Positions 1 through 9,997 of a stretch of DNA of 64,000 bases are shown here, one piece after another. The translations under genes and the position numbers were made by a program. Position 1 is the stretch's first letter. Every line of letters starts with the position of its first letter. Where the stretch lies: assembly GCA_000436695.1 (NCBI GenBank), contig HF992598.1, forward strand, positions 6,715 to 70,714, in the 5' to 3' direction. Below the pieces are notes generated by a model that saw only the letters and a list, made by a program, of their open reading frames with translations, made no database searches and was not told where the DNA came from. The DNA comes from Prevotella sp. CAG:1185. GTDB lineage: Bacteria > Bacteroidota > Bacteroidia > Bacteroidales > Bacteroidaceae.

Positions 1-654
1 TATCTTATAGGGAATATCCTTACGCTTATCGCGGTTGAAGGCGTAAGGGCGTCCTTCTTTAGGCTCAATTGTCCAGGTGCCGTTACTCTTCTTGCGGACA
101 TAAGGATTGTAAAGCGTATTAATGTCTATTGCCAGTCCCTGCCCATGCTTTGAAACACGTGTCTGTGAGCCTGTCATAAACCTGAAATTAAAGCACGAAG
201 TATTGTTTGCACGCATCGAGGCCTGATCGTCTGCACCATAATCATCGATGAGCACCATACGTTCAATGCGGTAACCTGAATCGTAAAGCGTTCTGAAAAT
301 ACGCAGCACTTTGTCGGCTATAGCCCTGTTTACAACCATTTCGCCGAGTTGTGTCTGCCCCTTAGCGTTGCGGTGCAGCATTTTGAGATAACAAAGCTGG
401 CTGCGCTTCATAGTGCAGTTGCGTTTCCATGACTTTAGCCACATACGCTTGAACAGCTTGTCACTGATGCTTTCCTTAACAAAACAGCGCGACACGCCAA
501 CCGACTTGACATCAGTCTCACTTACAACAGTGCCTGCATGCCATGTCGACAGCCATGAAGGCTCAGAAGATGGCGTATTGGCGTCAGCAGACGACATTAG
601 TGACAAAATAGAAATAACAATAAATAATATTCTTCGTATATCTTGCTGAAACAT
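1..654 (-). CDS. Exported M15/LAS-family zinc D,D-peptidase (VanY-like); C-terminus cut by window edge
   Basis: Absent from the ORF track because it runs off the window. My translation of the minus strand from the ATG at 654-652 stays open to base 1. It begins MFQQDIRRILFIVISILSLMSSADA (signal-like) and continues to FMTGSQTRVSKHGQGLAIDINTLYNPYV, which carries the H-x-x-G-x-A-x-D zinc-ligand motif typical of VanY/M15 peptidases. Confidence 0.6.
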   Translation of the reverse strand, partial: MFQQDIRRILFIVISILSLMSSADANTPSSEPSWLSTWHAGTVVSETDVKSVGVSRCFVKESISDKLFKRMWLKSWKRNCTMKRSQLCYLKMLHRNAKGQTQLGEMVVNRAIADKVLRIFRTLYDSGYRIERMVLIDDYGADDQASMRANNTSCFNFRFMTGSQTRVSKHGQGLAIDINTLYNPYVRKKSNGTWTIEPKEGRPYAFNRDKRKDIPYKI

Positions 655-1166
655 ATTCTACTTAAACTTAAATTTGTCAAATGATTCAAACGGCCAGGCT
701 GAGACGCAAGCATTATGCTGATTAACCATTACATGGAATTCACAAATGATGTAATATTGCCAAAACGTCATGTCTTTAACAGCATCCAACCGGCTGAAAT
801 CAACTAACCACATTAAATACAAATTATAGAATAAGCTACCAAAAATCGTGCCATAAACTTAAAAGTTTAAACCCTTTATATCAACAATATATATAAATAT
901 TTCACTATGCCAACAGAGCAAACACAGAAAGGAAAAAAACAAATAGAATGTCCATGGCACGAATATCGATTTCACAACTGGAGAAATCATATTAAAGAAA
1001 GAAAAGATAAGCATCTGACATATATACAAAATTGGACTTTAACAAGATAATAATGAAGTAAAAAATCAGGACACGAGTTTTCTTAAATCTAGAAAACTTA
1101 ATATTAATTTATGTTTAAAAACAGCAATAAAACCGCCATATAATTAACATCAGTTTATAGACGGCA

Positions 1167-1400
1167 CTAAAAACGACCATGAAAAGACGAGTTTTCGGAA
1201 CATAAAACGTACATATCTACGACAAAAAACAGTGGATTGACCATGTTAAACAGGCCGTTTGACATAGCCAAATGGCAGAGTAATGTTTTTTAACAATAGA
1301 AATTTATAATGAATAACCAGATAAACATCTGACAACCAGCAACTTAAGCAAAATGGCTAAAAGACGTCATTTTTCACATAAAAATTCGGTTTTATAAACA
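1167..1400. repeat. Degenerate run of ~22-nt AAAAG..CTTTT-type mini-palindrome units (family B)
   Basis: Units such as aaaagacgagttttcggaacat, aaaacgtacatatctacgac, ttaaacaggccgtttgacatagcc and gcaaaatggctaaaagacgtcattttt resemble the arrays at 52808-52914 and 61523-61631. Confidence 0.4.
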
Positions 1401-1406
1401 ACACAG

Positions 1407-1426
1407 CTATTCTGGAGGCTTTAAAA
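1407..1426 (-). repeat. Anchor motif TTAARGCCTCCAGAAYAG, inverted copy
   Basis: The reverse complement of ctattctggaggctttaaaa is ttttaaagcctccagaatag. This matches 61382-61404 and 37921-43 across ttaa.gcctccagaa.ag. Confidence 0.55.
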
Positions 1427-1564
1427 AACAAAAGTTTTCTATCTCAATAGAAAAATATATTTACAAAAAAATAGTCTGATAATATTTAGACAAAACTACT
1501 TTAATACCTATCAGCCATTATGCAAAAAATGATTTGAATAAAGACTTGGCAAACACATATAAAC

Positions 1565-1593
1565 AAAAAAGCCGGCTCAAATGATGAGCCGGC
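1565..1593 (-). terminator. Intrinsic terminator downstream of rpsP
   Basis: A 9-bp stem gccggctca (1571-1579) / tgagccggc (1585-1593) with loop aatga. The A-run at 1565-1570 becomes a U-run on the minus-strand transcript. Confidence 0.75.
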
Positions 1594-1620
1594 CCTATTC
1601 TAAAATCTTTTTTAAGAAAA

Positions 1621-2151
1621 TTAAGCCTCAGCAGGTGCCTCTTCAGCAGAAGCCTCTGCATTTGCAGCAGCCTCGGCCTTAGCAGCAGCTGCAGCAGCCT
1701 TCTTTTCAGCTACCTTCTTAGCTATCTCCTCATTTACTTTCTTCTCAGCGTCAAGAGCTTTTGCAGCAGCATCTTTCTTGCTCTTAGCCTCGTTTTCACG
1801 AATCTGGTCAAGACCCTTAACCTTGTTAGCTTTCCAAGCATCAAACTTGCTCTGAGCTGCAGCCTCGTCGAAAGCGCCTTTCTTTACTCCACCGCGAAGA
1901 TGTTTCATCATATAAACGCCCTCACCTTTAAGGATATTGCGTACTGTGTCTGTTGGCTGAGCGCCTGTCTCAACCCAATAGAGAGCACGGTCGAAATTCA
2001 AATCTACCGTAGCAGGATTGGTGTTAGGATTGTATGTACCAATCTTCTCTGTAAACTTACCATCACGTGGTGCTCTTACATCTGCGATGACAATGCTGTA
2101 GAAGGCATAACCTTTACGGCCACCTCGCTGTAATCTGATTTTTGTTGCCAT
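1621..2151 (-). CDS. rpsP: 30S ribosomal protein S16 with a long Ala/Lys/Glu-rich C-terminal tail
   Basis: [42 protein letters not shown]... is a canonical S16 N-terminal domain. The final ~85 aa are low-complexity A/K/E. Confidence 0.95.
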   Translation of the reverse strand: MATKIRLQRGGRKGYAFYSIVIADVRAPRDGKFTEKIGTYNPNTNPATVDLNFDRALYWVETGAQPTDTVRNILKGEGVYMMKHLRGGVKKGAFDEAAAQSKFDAWKANKVKGLDQIRENEAKSKKDAAAKALDAEKKVNEEIAKKVAEKKAAAAAAKAEAAANAEASAEEAPAEA

Positions 2152-2203
2152 TTTTTATTTGTAATTAGGTTTGAATTTATGCTATCAACTCGTAATAGCG
2201 GCG

Positions 2204-2211
2204 CAAAGGTA
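2204..2211 (-). promoter_or_regulatory. Bacteroidetes-type -7 box (TAnnTTTG) upstream of rpsP
   Basis: Plus-strand caaaggta is TACCTTTG on the minus strand, about 53 nt upstream of the rpsP ATG. Confidence 0.5.
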
Positions 2212-2313
2212 ATGCTTTTAGCCGATAAAAGTGTTATTTTGCCTCGTATTAACTAAACATTTAACTATTTTTATTCAAAGTCAGCACATACCTTACTCCT
2301 TACGGCCAAAATT

Positions 2314-2997
2314 TTACTGCTTTACCAACTTAAGTCCGCATTCAAGACCGTCCATTCCGCCAATAAGAGAAGCGGCTGTCTTCAAAGTAGAATTCTGCGA
2401 AACAGAACCAAGCATATTTACATATTGCAGGAGCTTAGAGGCATCCATAACGATAAGAAGATTATCACCGTCAAGCTGTGTTGTACCAACAATCTGTGAA
2501 ACCTTGCCGCCGTATTTCAGCACAATATTTTTATCTTCAATAGTATAGGTACCGCTAAGATTCTTGCCCATAAGCGTCTGGGTGAAGTTACCTGACTTAT
2601 CAAAAGTCATTGTGACACTTCCTTTCTTAAAGCCATACGACTCAAGTTTGCTTTTAAGCTTATTTTCAACGGTTGAAGAAGCGATTTTTCCTCCTATATT
2701 CTTCAGCACATCATCACTTGAAAGCACTACGGCAGGCTCTTCATAAACCCAAGTTCCAATGATTTTGTCCTCTGTAGCAACTTTGCTGGATGAGAAAATA
2801 CTAGTCAGCGCAGACAACAATCCACTGCCAGAAGATTTGCTCGTAGTAGATTGTGTGGTTGTAGTCTTATTTGTAGAGCCACCTGAAACTACATTTTTCA
2901 AGATGTTACCCAAACTAATCTGAGCGTCAGCTTGAGCCGAAAACAAAAATGCGGCACATATCAATGCACCCTTAACAAATAACTTTTTCATATCCAT
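2314..2997 (-). CDS. Exported DUF4923-like (lipocalin-like) protein
   Basis: Signal peptide MKKLFVKGALICAAFLFSAQADAQ, a Ser/Thr-rich linker, then GTWVYEEPAVVL...SGTYTIEDKNIVLKYGG. This pattern is recalled from DUF4923 family proteins. Confidence 0.7.
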   Translation of the reverse strand: MDMKKLFVKGALICAAFLFSAQADAQISLGNILKNVVSGGSTNKTTTTQSTTSKSSGSGLLSALTSIFSSSKVATEDKIIGTWVYEEPAVVLSSDDVLKNIGGKIASSTVENKLKSKLESYGFKKGSVTMTFDKSGNFTQTLMGKNLSGTYTIEDKNIVLKYGGKVSQIVGTTQLDGDNLLIVMDASKLLQYVNMLGSVSQNSTLKTAASLIGGMDGLECGLKLVKQ

Positions 2998-3006
2998 CTA
3001 ATTTAA

Positions 3007-3810
3007 TCATTTAAGTTTATATGCCCCGCTGGGGCTGTTTCTCTTTAATACGTCTAATTCCAATGAGTCAATTTTCCGATTGTCTGAAGAAGTCAATCCC
3101 ATCTCAACAGTCTTACGGGCAAGTTCCGGATGATTGTTCTCCTGACTCAAATGACAGAGCCATACATGGCTTAGTCTGCTTGTGGCATTGTCGGCAAGAT
3201 ATTTCGCACAAAGTCTGTTGGACAAATGGCCGTTGCCTCCTGAAACTCTCTTCTTAAGATACTCAGAATATGGCCCGTTGCGCAGCATGTCTTCATCATG
3301 ATTAGCCTCAATCACCAAATAGTCAGCCTCTCTGATTACCTGAGCCATCTCGTCAGTAACATGTCCTATATCGGTCATAAGACAAAAATTGACATCTTCA
3401 TATTTTATTTTAAAGCCGATATTGTCCCGGCTGTCGTGCGGCACATTAAAGGCTGATACAGTAAAATCATCCAGGACAAAGTCTTTTCCTTTTTCTATTA
3501 TACGTATATTAGCCGCGTCTATTTTCTTCCTCACACAATAGTTGCATCTTATCCCCTCATGAACTTCTTTAGTTGCATAAACAGGAATATTCAGACTATT
3601 GCTGAAACTTCCAACAGATTTAACATGATCGGCATGGTCGTGAGTTACCAGTATATATTTTACATCCTTCACGTTTAATCCATAATCATGAAAGTATTTT
3701 TTCAGCTTTCTTATCCCTATGCCGATATCAATTAATATGCCGTATGTCTCGGTGTAAATGTAGTAACAATTACCGCAACTTCCACTACCGAAAGATATAA
3801 AATTCAGCAT
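3007..3810 (-). CDS. MBL-fold metallo-hydrolase
   Basis: THDHADH zinc motif. I prefer the start at MLNFISFGSGSCGNCYY (ATG 3810-3808) because a -7 box lies at 3829-3836, inside the longer ORF. Confidence 0.85.
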   Translation of the reverse strand: MLNFISFGSGSCGNCYYIYTETYGILIDIGIGIRKLKKYFHDYGLNVKDVKYILVTHDHADHVKSVGSFSNSLNIPVYATKEVHEGIRCNYCVRKKIDAANIRIIEKGKDFVLDDFTVSAFNVPHDSRDNIGFKIKYEDVNFCLMTDIGHVTDEMAQVIREADYLVIEANHDEDMLRNGPYSEYLKKRVSGGNGHLSNRLCAKYLADNATSRLSHVWLCHLSQENNHPELARKTVEMGLTSSDNRKIDSLELDVLKRNSPSGAYKLK

Positions 3811-3828
3811 CCCAATATTTTTTGGCTG

Positions 3829-3836
3829 CAAATTTA
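3829..3836 (-). promoter_or_regulatory. -7 box TAAATTTG for the MBL hydrolase gene
   Basis: Plus-strand caaattta is TAAATTTG on the minus strand, 19 nt upstream of the internal ATG at 3810. Confidence 0.45.
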
Positions 3837-3892
3837 TAAAGAATTGACTATGGAACAAAAAAAATTTCTATCTTTGTAGAAATTTAATCAAT

Positions 3893-4348
3893 ATGAAAAT
3901 TTCTTTCTTAACAATAGTTTGTCTATTAATTTTCTATTCCTGTACAGAACATTACGAATCTGAAGACGAAGAAAAGATTATTTCGACCACTGACAGTTTT
4001 GCCACACATTATTTTAATTACAATCTAAAAGAGGCCATGCCGTTCTGTACACCAGAGTCAGAAAAATGGATAAGATATAAAGCAAGCAACATTTTTCAGG
4101 AGGATATAGATGTGCTGAGAAACCAAGACGAAGGGGCTACGCACAAGACAGACGACATTACATATGTAAACGACACATCAGCCATAGTGAAATGCCATGT
4201 GTACAATGTCATGAAAACTGACACTATAGGAAAGCCGGGGAGAATTTCAGAACATGAAATATATAACATAAGCCTCGTGAAACGTGACGATAAATGGCTT
4301 GTTAAAATGGAAGGCCCACTGCAAAGTGAAAAGCAAAATCGCGACTGA
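3893..4348 (+). CDS. Hypothetical lipoprotein
   Basis: Lipobox-like N-terminus MKISFLTIVCLLIFYSC. No family recognised. The ORF sits in the gap between two minus-strand genes. Confidence 0.6.
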   Translation: MKISFLTIVCLLIFYSCTEHYESEDEEKIISTTDSFATHYFNYNLKEAMPFCTPESEKWIRYKASNIFQEDIDVLRNQDEGATHKTDDITYVNDTSAIVKCHVYNVMKTDTIGKPGRISEHEIYNISLVKRDDKWLVKMEGPLQSEKQNRD

Positions 4349-6536
4349 AGTCCGGATGGAAGATAGCATAATGTTCCTGCTGAGTGTCATAAGCCGGATT
4401 TATAGCTTTCATGCCCATGTCAAAACGCAGAATGAAGAAATCGAAATTAAATCTTATGCCCACACCATAGGCCACAGCTATTTGCTTATAGAAGTCTTTA
4501 ATATTAAACTGACCGCCGGGCTGCTCTTCATAATAACGTAATGTCCAGATGTTTCCGGCATCAACAAACACTGCTCCATAAATCTTCCAGAACAGGAAAG
4601 AACGGTATTCAAGGTTAAGGTCTAACTTAATGTCACCTGTCTGGTTGATAAAATCAATAGAACCATTAGTACCTTTAAATTTACCCGGACCCAATCCGCG
4701 TACGCTCCATCCGCGGACAGAGTTAGCACCGCCTGAGAAATAACGTTTTTCGAAAGGAAGAATCCGGCTGTTGCCATACGGATAAGCTATACCGAAACCT
4801 ATATGAAAAGCCAAATTGTTGCGCGAATCAAAACGGAACATGCGCGTATAATCAAAGTCGCCCTTTACATACTGCGCAAAGGCTATATTAAATAAGGTGT
4901 ACTGATTGTCACTGTTTACATTGGTACCAATAAGTCGGGATATTCCGTTAAGCAAATTTCCGGCTGTTTCAACATTAAACTTGTATGCTTCATCGCCGTT
5001 GTTAAACGACATACCGAAACCAAGTTTCATTATGAACAGGTCTTCATAGTTATACCTTAATATAGAATTACGGCTGTCAACATCGTCAAGATACTCTTCC
5101 TTAAATGTCCGTGAAATCCAAGGCATATAGATATAGTTAAGGTCAATAAGGTCAACACTGTATTTACGCTTGCGCACAGCATCATCCCAGCGGTAGCGTA
5201 ATCCGGCAGAAAACACACGGCGGTGAAATTCAGGACGGTTCTGCATATTATAGCTTGCAGAAAGTTCTGTGATTGCAGCCGACTGCTTTTTAAAATTACG
5301 CGACAGGAACGGAACGACAAGGCGCGGAAAAACAAGTTTGGTTTCCAGGCTATATTCCTCATAGTCTTGATTCTGATAGCCTTCAAGTCCGGTTATTGCC
5401 TCAAACGCCCCGCGCAATTTTATACTGAAAGTCTCGGCACCCCTGAAAATATTCTTATTTTCATAAGTCAGAGACGCCGCAGCACCAAAGTCGCCGGCTG
5501 TATTGGTTCCTTCAGGCTGAAAGATTACGCTGTTGATTTTATTGGTACTAATACCGATGTCGCAATTAAGCTTGTCGCTGTCAGGAATCTCATTAAACTT
5601 AATGTTCGTATATTTTACAATCTGCAAACGACTAAATCTGTTATATGTTTTCTGAAGAGCCTCTGAATTAAAATAAGCACCAGACTCTATCAAAGTGTTT
5701 TCCTCAAGCACCGACTGGCGCAAAGGCACTTTATTACTTTCATCGTTACTATAATATGTAACGTCGCCTATCTTGTAACGTGTATGTTCAACTTCAGGAC
5801 TTTTGCCGCCACCGCTGAATTTATGCAAATGCAGAGTTATGCCAACATCAGTGCTTCCGCTTACAGAATCGGCAGAATAGGTGATAAAGTCCTTATGAAA
5901 TTTAAAATATCCATTATTGTTAAGATAACCGGTTATGGCCTTGCGCTCATTGTCAAGTTCGTTGGTAAGAAATGGCATTCCGGCACGCAATCCAGGTTTA
6001 AATCCGCCATTAGTGCCAATTTTCAAAAAATCGGCCACACCCTTATCCTGAATGTCATAATTAACAGAGTTTATATGATACTGCGGACCGGAATGAAGAT
6101 TATAGACCACAACGACCTTCTTTTTCTTTTTAAAATCCAGATTATAATCAACTCTGGCTCTTAAATATCCCAAACCCTGCAATACATTTTCAAGATCAGA
6201 ACACGTCATTCCGGCTTGAACAGAATCAAACAGCACCGGCATTTCACCTAAATCACGAAACTTTCTGTTTATCCATTTTGTAGAATCCTTGCCGGAAAGG
6301 GCATAGGTGCCGAGAGGTATCTTAAACATCGAAAACCACTTTGAATTACCCTTCTGCCGTATATACGGCTCAAGCCTGTCCGGATGCAGGCTCTTATTGT
6401 CAGATATCACCTTGACATCATCCAGCAGATACTTCCCTTCCGGTATGAACTTAGAAGCCGAACACCCTGACAATACTGCCAATAAGGGTATCAGTGAAAT
6501 AAATAAAAAAATATATTTAGATACCTGTTTTACCAT
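4302..6536 (-). CDS. Omp85-superfamily (BamA/TamA-like, surface antigen D15) outer-membrane protein
   Basis: 744 aa with a signal/lipobox (LAVLSGCSA) and a POTRA-like N-terminal half. The C-terminal beta-barrel region ends in the typical aromatic terminus ...FAVGLPF. Confidence 0.85.
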   Translation of the reverse strand: MVKQVSKYIFLFISLIPLLAVLSGCSASKFIPEGKYLLDDVKVISDNKSLHPDRLEPYIRQKGNSKWFSMFKIPLGTYALSGKDSTKWINRKFRDLGEMPVLFDSVQAGMTCSDLENVLQGLGYLRARVDYNLDFKKKKKVVVVYNLHSGPQYHINSVNYDIQDKGVADFLKIGTNGGFKPGLRAGMPFLTNELDNERKAITGYLNNNGYFKFHKDFITYSADSVSGSTDVGITLHLHKFSGGGKSPEVEHTRYKIGDVTYYSNDESNKVPLRQSVLEENTLIESGAYFNSEALQKTYNRFSRLQIVKYTNIKFNEIPDSDKLNCDIGISTNKINSVIFQPEGTNTAGDFGAAASLTYENKNIFRGAETFSIKLRGAFEAITGLEGYQNQDYEEYSLETKLVFPRLVVPFLSRNFKKQSAAITELSASYNMQNRPEFHRRVFSAGLRYRWDDAVRKRKYSVDLIDLNYIYMPWISRTFKEEYLDDVDSRNSILRYNYEDLFIMKLGFGMSFNNGDEAYKFNVETAGNLLNGISRLIGTNVNSDNQYTLFNIAFAQYVKGDFDYTRMFRFDSRNNLAFHIGFGIAYPYGNSRILPFEKRYFSGGANSVRGWSVRGLGPGKFKGTNGSIDFINQTGDIKLDLNLEYRSFLFWKIYGAVFVDAGNIWTLRYYEEQPGGQFNIKDFYKQIAVAYGVGIRFNFDFFILRFDMGMKAINPAYDTQQEHYAIFHPDFSRDFAFHFAVGLPF

Positions 6537-6720
6537 TTAACGCACATTTCTGGTTGCAAAAATAATAAAATTTTAGTACTTTTGCCAACGTTATTGTTAT
6601 GAATTTGCCATATCTGGCACAAGGCTCTGATATACAAATCATTAACATTCCTGCCACGGATATTGCATAAGAACAGTATAAGGGCGCGGCACAGCCATAA
6701 AACATTAACTTGATAATACT

Positions 6721-7491
6721 ATGATTTCAAAAAATCTTATAAAATACATACGGTCACTTGAGCTAAAAAAGAACAGAACCAAAGAAGGAGTATTTGTTGC
6801 CGAAGGCCCTAAAGTTGTAGCAGATCTTTTGGAAATATACAATTCGCGCCAGCTTATAGCAACAGAAGAATGGTTTAAGTCTAATCAAATAAGCCCAAGG
6901 ACACAAGATGCGACAGTAACAGAGGATGAACTGAGAAAAATAAGTTTTCTGCAACATCCTCAGCAAGTTATGGGCATTTTTAATATACCGTCACCGACGG
7001 TTGACATTAATATATGTGAACGGGAATTATGTCTTGCCCTTGACAAAGTTCAAGACCCGGGCAATCTTGGAACCATAATAAGAATAGCCGACTGGTTTGG
7101 CATATCAACAATATTCTGCAGCAACGACACTGCCGATGCATACAACCCCAAAGTAATACAGGCAACAATGGGCAGCATAGCCCACGTAAACATAATATAC
7201 ACCGACCTGAACAAGCTCATAAGCCAAAAACCGGCTAATGTGCCTGTATACGGAACGGCACTCAACGGCACAGACATATACAGCCAGGAGCTGAGTCCTA
7301 CAGGAATAATCGTAATGGGTAATGAGGGCAATGGTATATCACAACAGATATTATCCAAGGTTGACAAATCTCTATTTATTCCATGCTACCAGAAAGACAG
7401 AAAGACCGACAGCCTGAATGTTGCAATGGCAACAGCCCTTACATGCGCAGAATTCAGAAGGCAGACAAGAAATAAAAGCAATAATCAATAA
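6721..7491 (+). CDS. TrmH/SpoU-family RNA 2'-O-methyltransferase
   Basis: LDKVQDPGNLGTIIRIADWFG and IVMGNEGNGIS motifs of the SpoU methylase fold. Confidence 0.85.
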   Translation: MISKNLIKYIRSLELKKNRTKEGVFVAEGPKVVADLLEIYNSRQLIATEEWFKSNQISPRTQDATVTEDELRKISFLQHPQQVMGIFNIPSPTVDINICERELCLALDKVQDPGNLGTIIRIADWFGISTIFCSNDTADAYNPKVIQATMGSIAHVNIIYTDLNKLISQKPANVPVYGTALNGTDIYSQELSPTGIIVMGNEGNGISQQILSKVDKSLFIPCYQKDRKTDSLNVAMATALTCAEFRRQTRNKSNNQ

Positions 7492-7640
7492 TAAAGAGTG
7501 AAAAAGTAGCATATTGTCAGCCACACAGTATTGCATCGGTATTGATAAGTGTCATTTTACTATCAAAAAGAAATGTCTGACATAAAATCATACAAAAAAT
7601 TAAAAACCTATAAATTATTGTTTCATTAAATAATTATATG

Positions 7641-7648
7641 TATATTTG
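7641..7648 (+). promoter_or_regulatory. -7 box TATATTTG upstream of the epimerase/decarboxylase operon
   Basis: Exact TAnnTTTG match 26 nt upstream of the ATG at 7674. Confidence 0.5.
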
Positions 7649-7673
7649 CACATCTGATAAAAACCTATAAAAT

Positions 7674-8078
7674 ATGAAAATTTCACGTATAGAGCATTTA
7701 GGAATAGCCGTACAGAGCATTGAAGAGGCTTTACCTTATTTTGAAAATGTATTAGGACTGAAATGTTATGCAGTCGAAGAAGTTGCTGACCAAAAAGTTA
7801 AAACAGCTTTTCTGAAATGCGGAGAAGTTAAGCTCGAGCTTCTGGAGCCAACATCGCCTGACAGTACGATACAGAAATGGCTCGACAAAGGCAATCACGG
7901 AGTACACCATGTGGCCTTCTGCATCGAGGATGGCGTAAGCAACGCTTTGGCAGAGTGTGAAAGCAAAGGTGTTCGTCTTATAGACAAGGCACCAAGACCG
8001 GGCGCAGAAAAGCTAAACATCGCATTCCTGCATCCGAAATCTACATGCGGCATACTTACGGAGCTCTGTGAGAAATAA
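7674..8078 (+). CDS. mce: Methylmalonyl-CoA epimerase (VOC/glyoxalase fold)
   Basis: 134 aa beginning MKISRIEHLGIAV, with HHVAF further in. Sits immediately upstream of the carboxyltransferase subunit. Confidence 0.85.
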   Translation: MKISRIEHLGIAVQSIEEALPYFENVLGLKCYAVEEVADQKVKTAFLKCGEVKLELLEPTSPDSTIQKWLDKGNHGVHHVAFCIEDGVSNALAECESKGVRLIDKAPRPGAEKLNIAFLHPKSTCGILTELCEK

Positions 8079-8250
8079 ATAATTCTGTTATATATATAAA
8101 GGAGGAAAAACAAGGAACTAAAGACAATATCATTATAACCGATAAATCCAAAAATTGGATCTTGTCTTTAATTCCTTGTGCTATTATAGCACCACTTTAA
8201 ATCATAATATGAATAAAAACGCTACAAACTAAAAAATACATTCAGAAATC

Positions 8251-9804
8251 ATGAGTAAACAAGTAGAAAAAATCAAGGAGCTTATCGCAAAACGCGAGCA
8301 GGCTCGTCTCGGTGGCGGTGAAAAAGCTATTGAGAAACAGCATGCACGTGGTAAATACACAGCCCGCGAACGCATAGATATGTTGCTTGATGAAGGCAGT
8401 TTCGAAGAGGTTGACATGTTTAAGCTTCACCGTTGCACAAACTTCGGCATGGAAAAGAAACAATATCTTGGAGATGGCGTTGTAGCCGGAAGCGGAACTA
8501 TTGACGGCAGACTGGTATATATTTTTGCACAAGATTTCACCGTAAACGGAGGTTCTCTCTCTGAAACCATGGCACAAAAGATCTGCAAGGTTATGGACAT
8601 GGCTATGAAGATGGGTGCTCCTGTAATTGGAATTAACGACTCTGGCGGTGCCCGTATTCAGGAAGGTATCTGTGCACTTGCCGGTTTTGCTGAAATATTT
8701 GAAAGAAACATCCTCGCATCTGGTGTAATACCTCAGATTAGTGGTATTTTCGGTCCTTGCGCAGGCGGAGCAGTTTATTCTCCCGCACTGACAGACTTCA
8801 CACTGATGATGGAGAATACATCATATATGTTCCTGACTGGTCCAAAAGTTGTAAAGACCGTAACCGGCGAAGACATCGACCAGGAACATCTTGGAGGCGC
8901 AAGCGTTCACTCAACAAAGAGTGGTGTTACACACTTCACAGCCTCAACAGAAGAGGAAGCAATGGAGATGATAAAGACATTGCTGAGCTACATCCCTTCA
9001 AATAACATGGAAGAGGCTCCACGCAAAGAATGTGAAGATCCTATCAACAGAATGGAAGACTCTCTTAACGAGATTATTCCTGAAGATCCGAACATGGCAT
9101 ACGACATGTATAAGGTCATATCTGCAATAACCGATAACGGAGAATTCTTTGAAGTTCAGCCTAAGTTTGCAAAGAATATCATTGTAGGTTTTGCACGTTT
9201 CAATGGTCAGAGTGTAGGTATTGTTGCCAACCAGCCTTCATGCTATGCCGGTGTGCTTGACGTCAATGCAAGCCGCAAGGGTGCACGTTTCGTTCGTTTC
9301 TGCGACGCATTCAATATTCCTATTGTAAGCTTGGTTGACGTTCCTGGATTCCTTCCTGGAACAGGTCAAGAGTACAACGCTGTCATCCTGCACGGCGCTC
9401 AGCTGCTCTACGCTTACGGCGAAGCAACAGTTCCAAAGGTAACAGTAACATTGCGTAAGAGTTATGGTGGAAGCCACATCGTAATGGGCTGCAAGCAGCT
9501 GCGTACAGACATCAACTACGCATGGCCTTCTGCAGAGATTGCTGTTATGGGTGCAAGCGGTGCTGTGGCTGTTCTTTGTGCAAAAGAGGCTAAGACACAC
9601 GAAGACCCGAAAGCATTCTTGGCAGAAAAAGAAGAAGAATACACAGAAATGTTTGCCAACCCATACCAGGCAGCAAAATATGGCTATATTGATGACGTGA
9701 TTGAGCCACGCAACACGCGTTTCCGCATTTGCCGCGCTCTTGCACAGCTGGCTACTAAGAGAGACGGACTGCCCGCAAAGAAGCACGGAAACATTCCTAT
9801 GTAA
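8251..9804 (+). CDS. mmdA: Methylmalonyl-CoA decarboxylase alpha subunit / acyl-CoA carboxyltransferase
   Basis: A 517-aa carboxyltransferase: ...[20 protein letters not shown]...GGARIQEG...[31 protein letters not shown]... Confidence 0.9.
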   Translation: MSKQVEKIKELIAKREQARLGGGEKAIEKQHARGKYTARERIDMLLDEGSFEEVDMFKLHRCTNFGMEKKQYLGDGVVAGSGTIDGRLVYIFAQDFTVNGGSLSETMAQKICKVMDMAMKMGAPVIGINDSGGARIQEGICALAGFAEIFERNILASGVIPQISGIFGPCAGGAVYSPALTDFTLMMENTSYMFLTGPKVVKTVTGEDIDQEHLGGASVHSTKSGVTHFTASTEEEAMEMIKTLLSYIPSNNMEEAPRKECEDPINRMEDSLNEIIPEDPNMAYDMYKVISAITDNGEFFEVQPKFAKNIIVGFARFNGQSVGIVANQPSCYAGVLDVNASRKGARFVRFCDAFNIPIVSLVDVPGFLPGTGQEYNAVILHGAQLLYAYGEATVPKVTVTLRKSYGGSHIVMGCKQLRTDINYAWPSAEIAVMGASGAVAVLCAKEAKTHEDPKAFLAEKEEEYTEMFANPYQAAKYGYIDDVIEPRNTRFRICRALAQLATKRDGLPAKKHGNIPM

Positions 9805-9820
9805 TTGTTTCAAAACTTAA

Positions 9821-9985
9821 ATGTCAGTGACAATGAAGAATAACGAAGTATATGCCGCCATAGCACTAGCCTTGCACGAATTCAACGGAAATAATGTGCA
9901 TGACAAAGAAGCTGGTGTCATTACAATAAAGAGCAAGCACTCCGAATGGGAGTCTCATATACTCACAATGACGCAACATCCTTAA
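9821..9985 (+). CDS. Small ORF (54 aa, or 50 aa from ATG 9833) between the carboxyltransferase and biotin-carrier genes; possible small decarboxylase subunit
   Basis: Below the ORF-track cutoff. My translation is (MSVT)MKNNEVYAAIALALHEFNGNNVHDKEAGVITIKSKHSEWESHILTMTQHP. The position matches the small subunit gene of mmd/oad-type clusters. It has no TM helix, so it is not a classical OadG. Confidence 0.45.
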   Translation: MSVTMKNNEVYAAIALALHEFNGNNVHDKEAGVITIKSKHSEWESHILTMTQHP

Positions 9986-9997
9986 GAACATAACAAT

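Noticed and set aside
413-649. 78-aa plus-strand ORF from the track
   Set aside because: It lies entirely antisense to the minus-strand M15 peptidase frame, which has a signal peptide and the HxxGxAxD motif. This is a shadow ORF.
907-1050. 47-aa plus-strand ORF (MPTEQTQKGKKQIECPWHEYRFHNWRNHIKERKDKHLTYIQNWTLTR)
   Set aside because: It has no TAnnTTTG box in a suitable position and no terminator, and I cannot assess conservation. It is noted only as a possibility within a 960-bp non-coding stretch.
9238-9813. 191-aa minus-strand ORF
   Set aside because: It is antisense to the carboxyltransferase gene. The product is Cys-rich and low-complexity.
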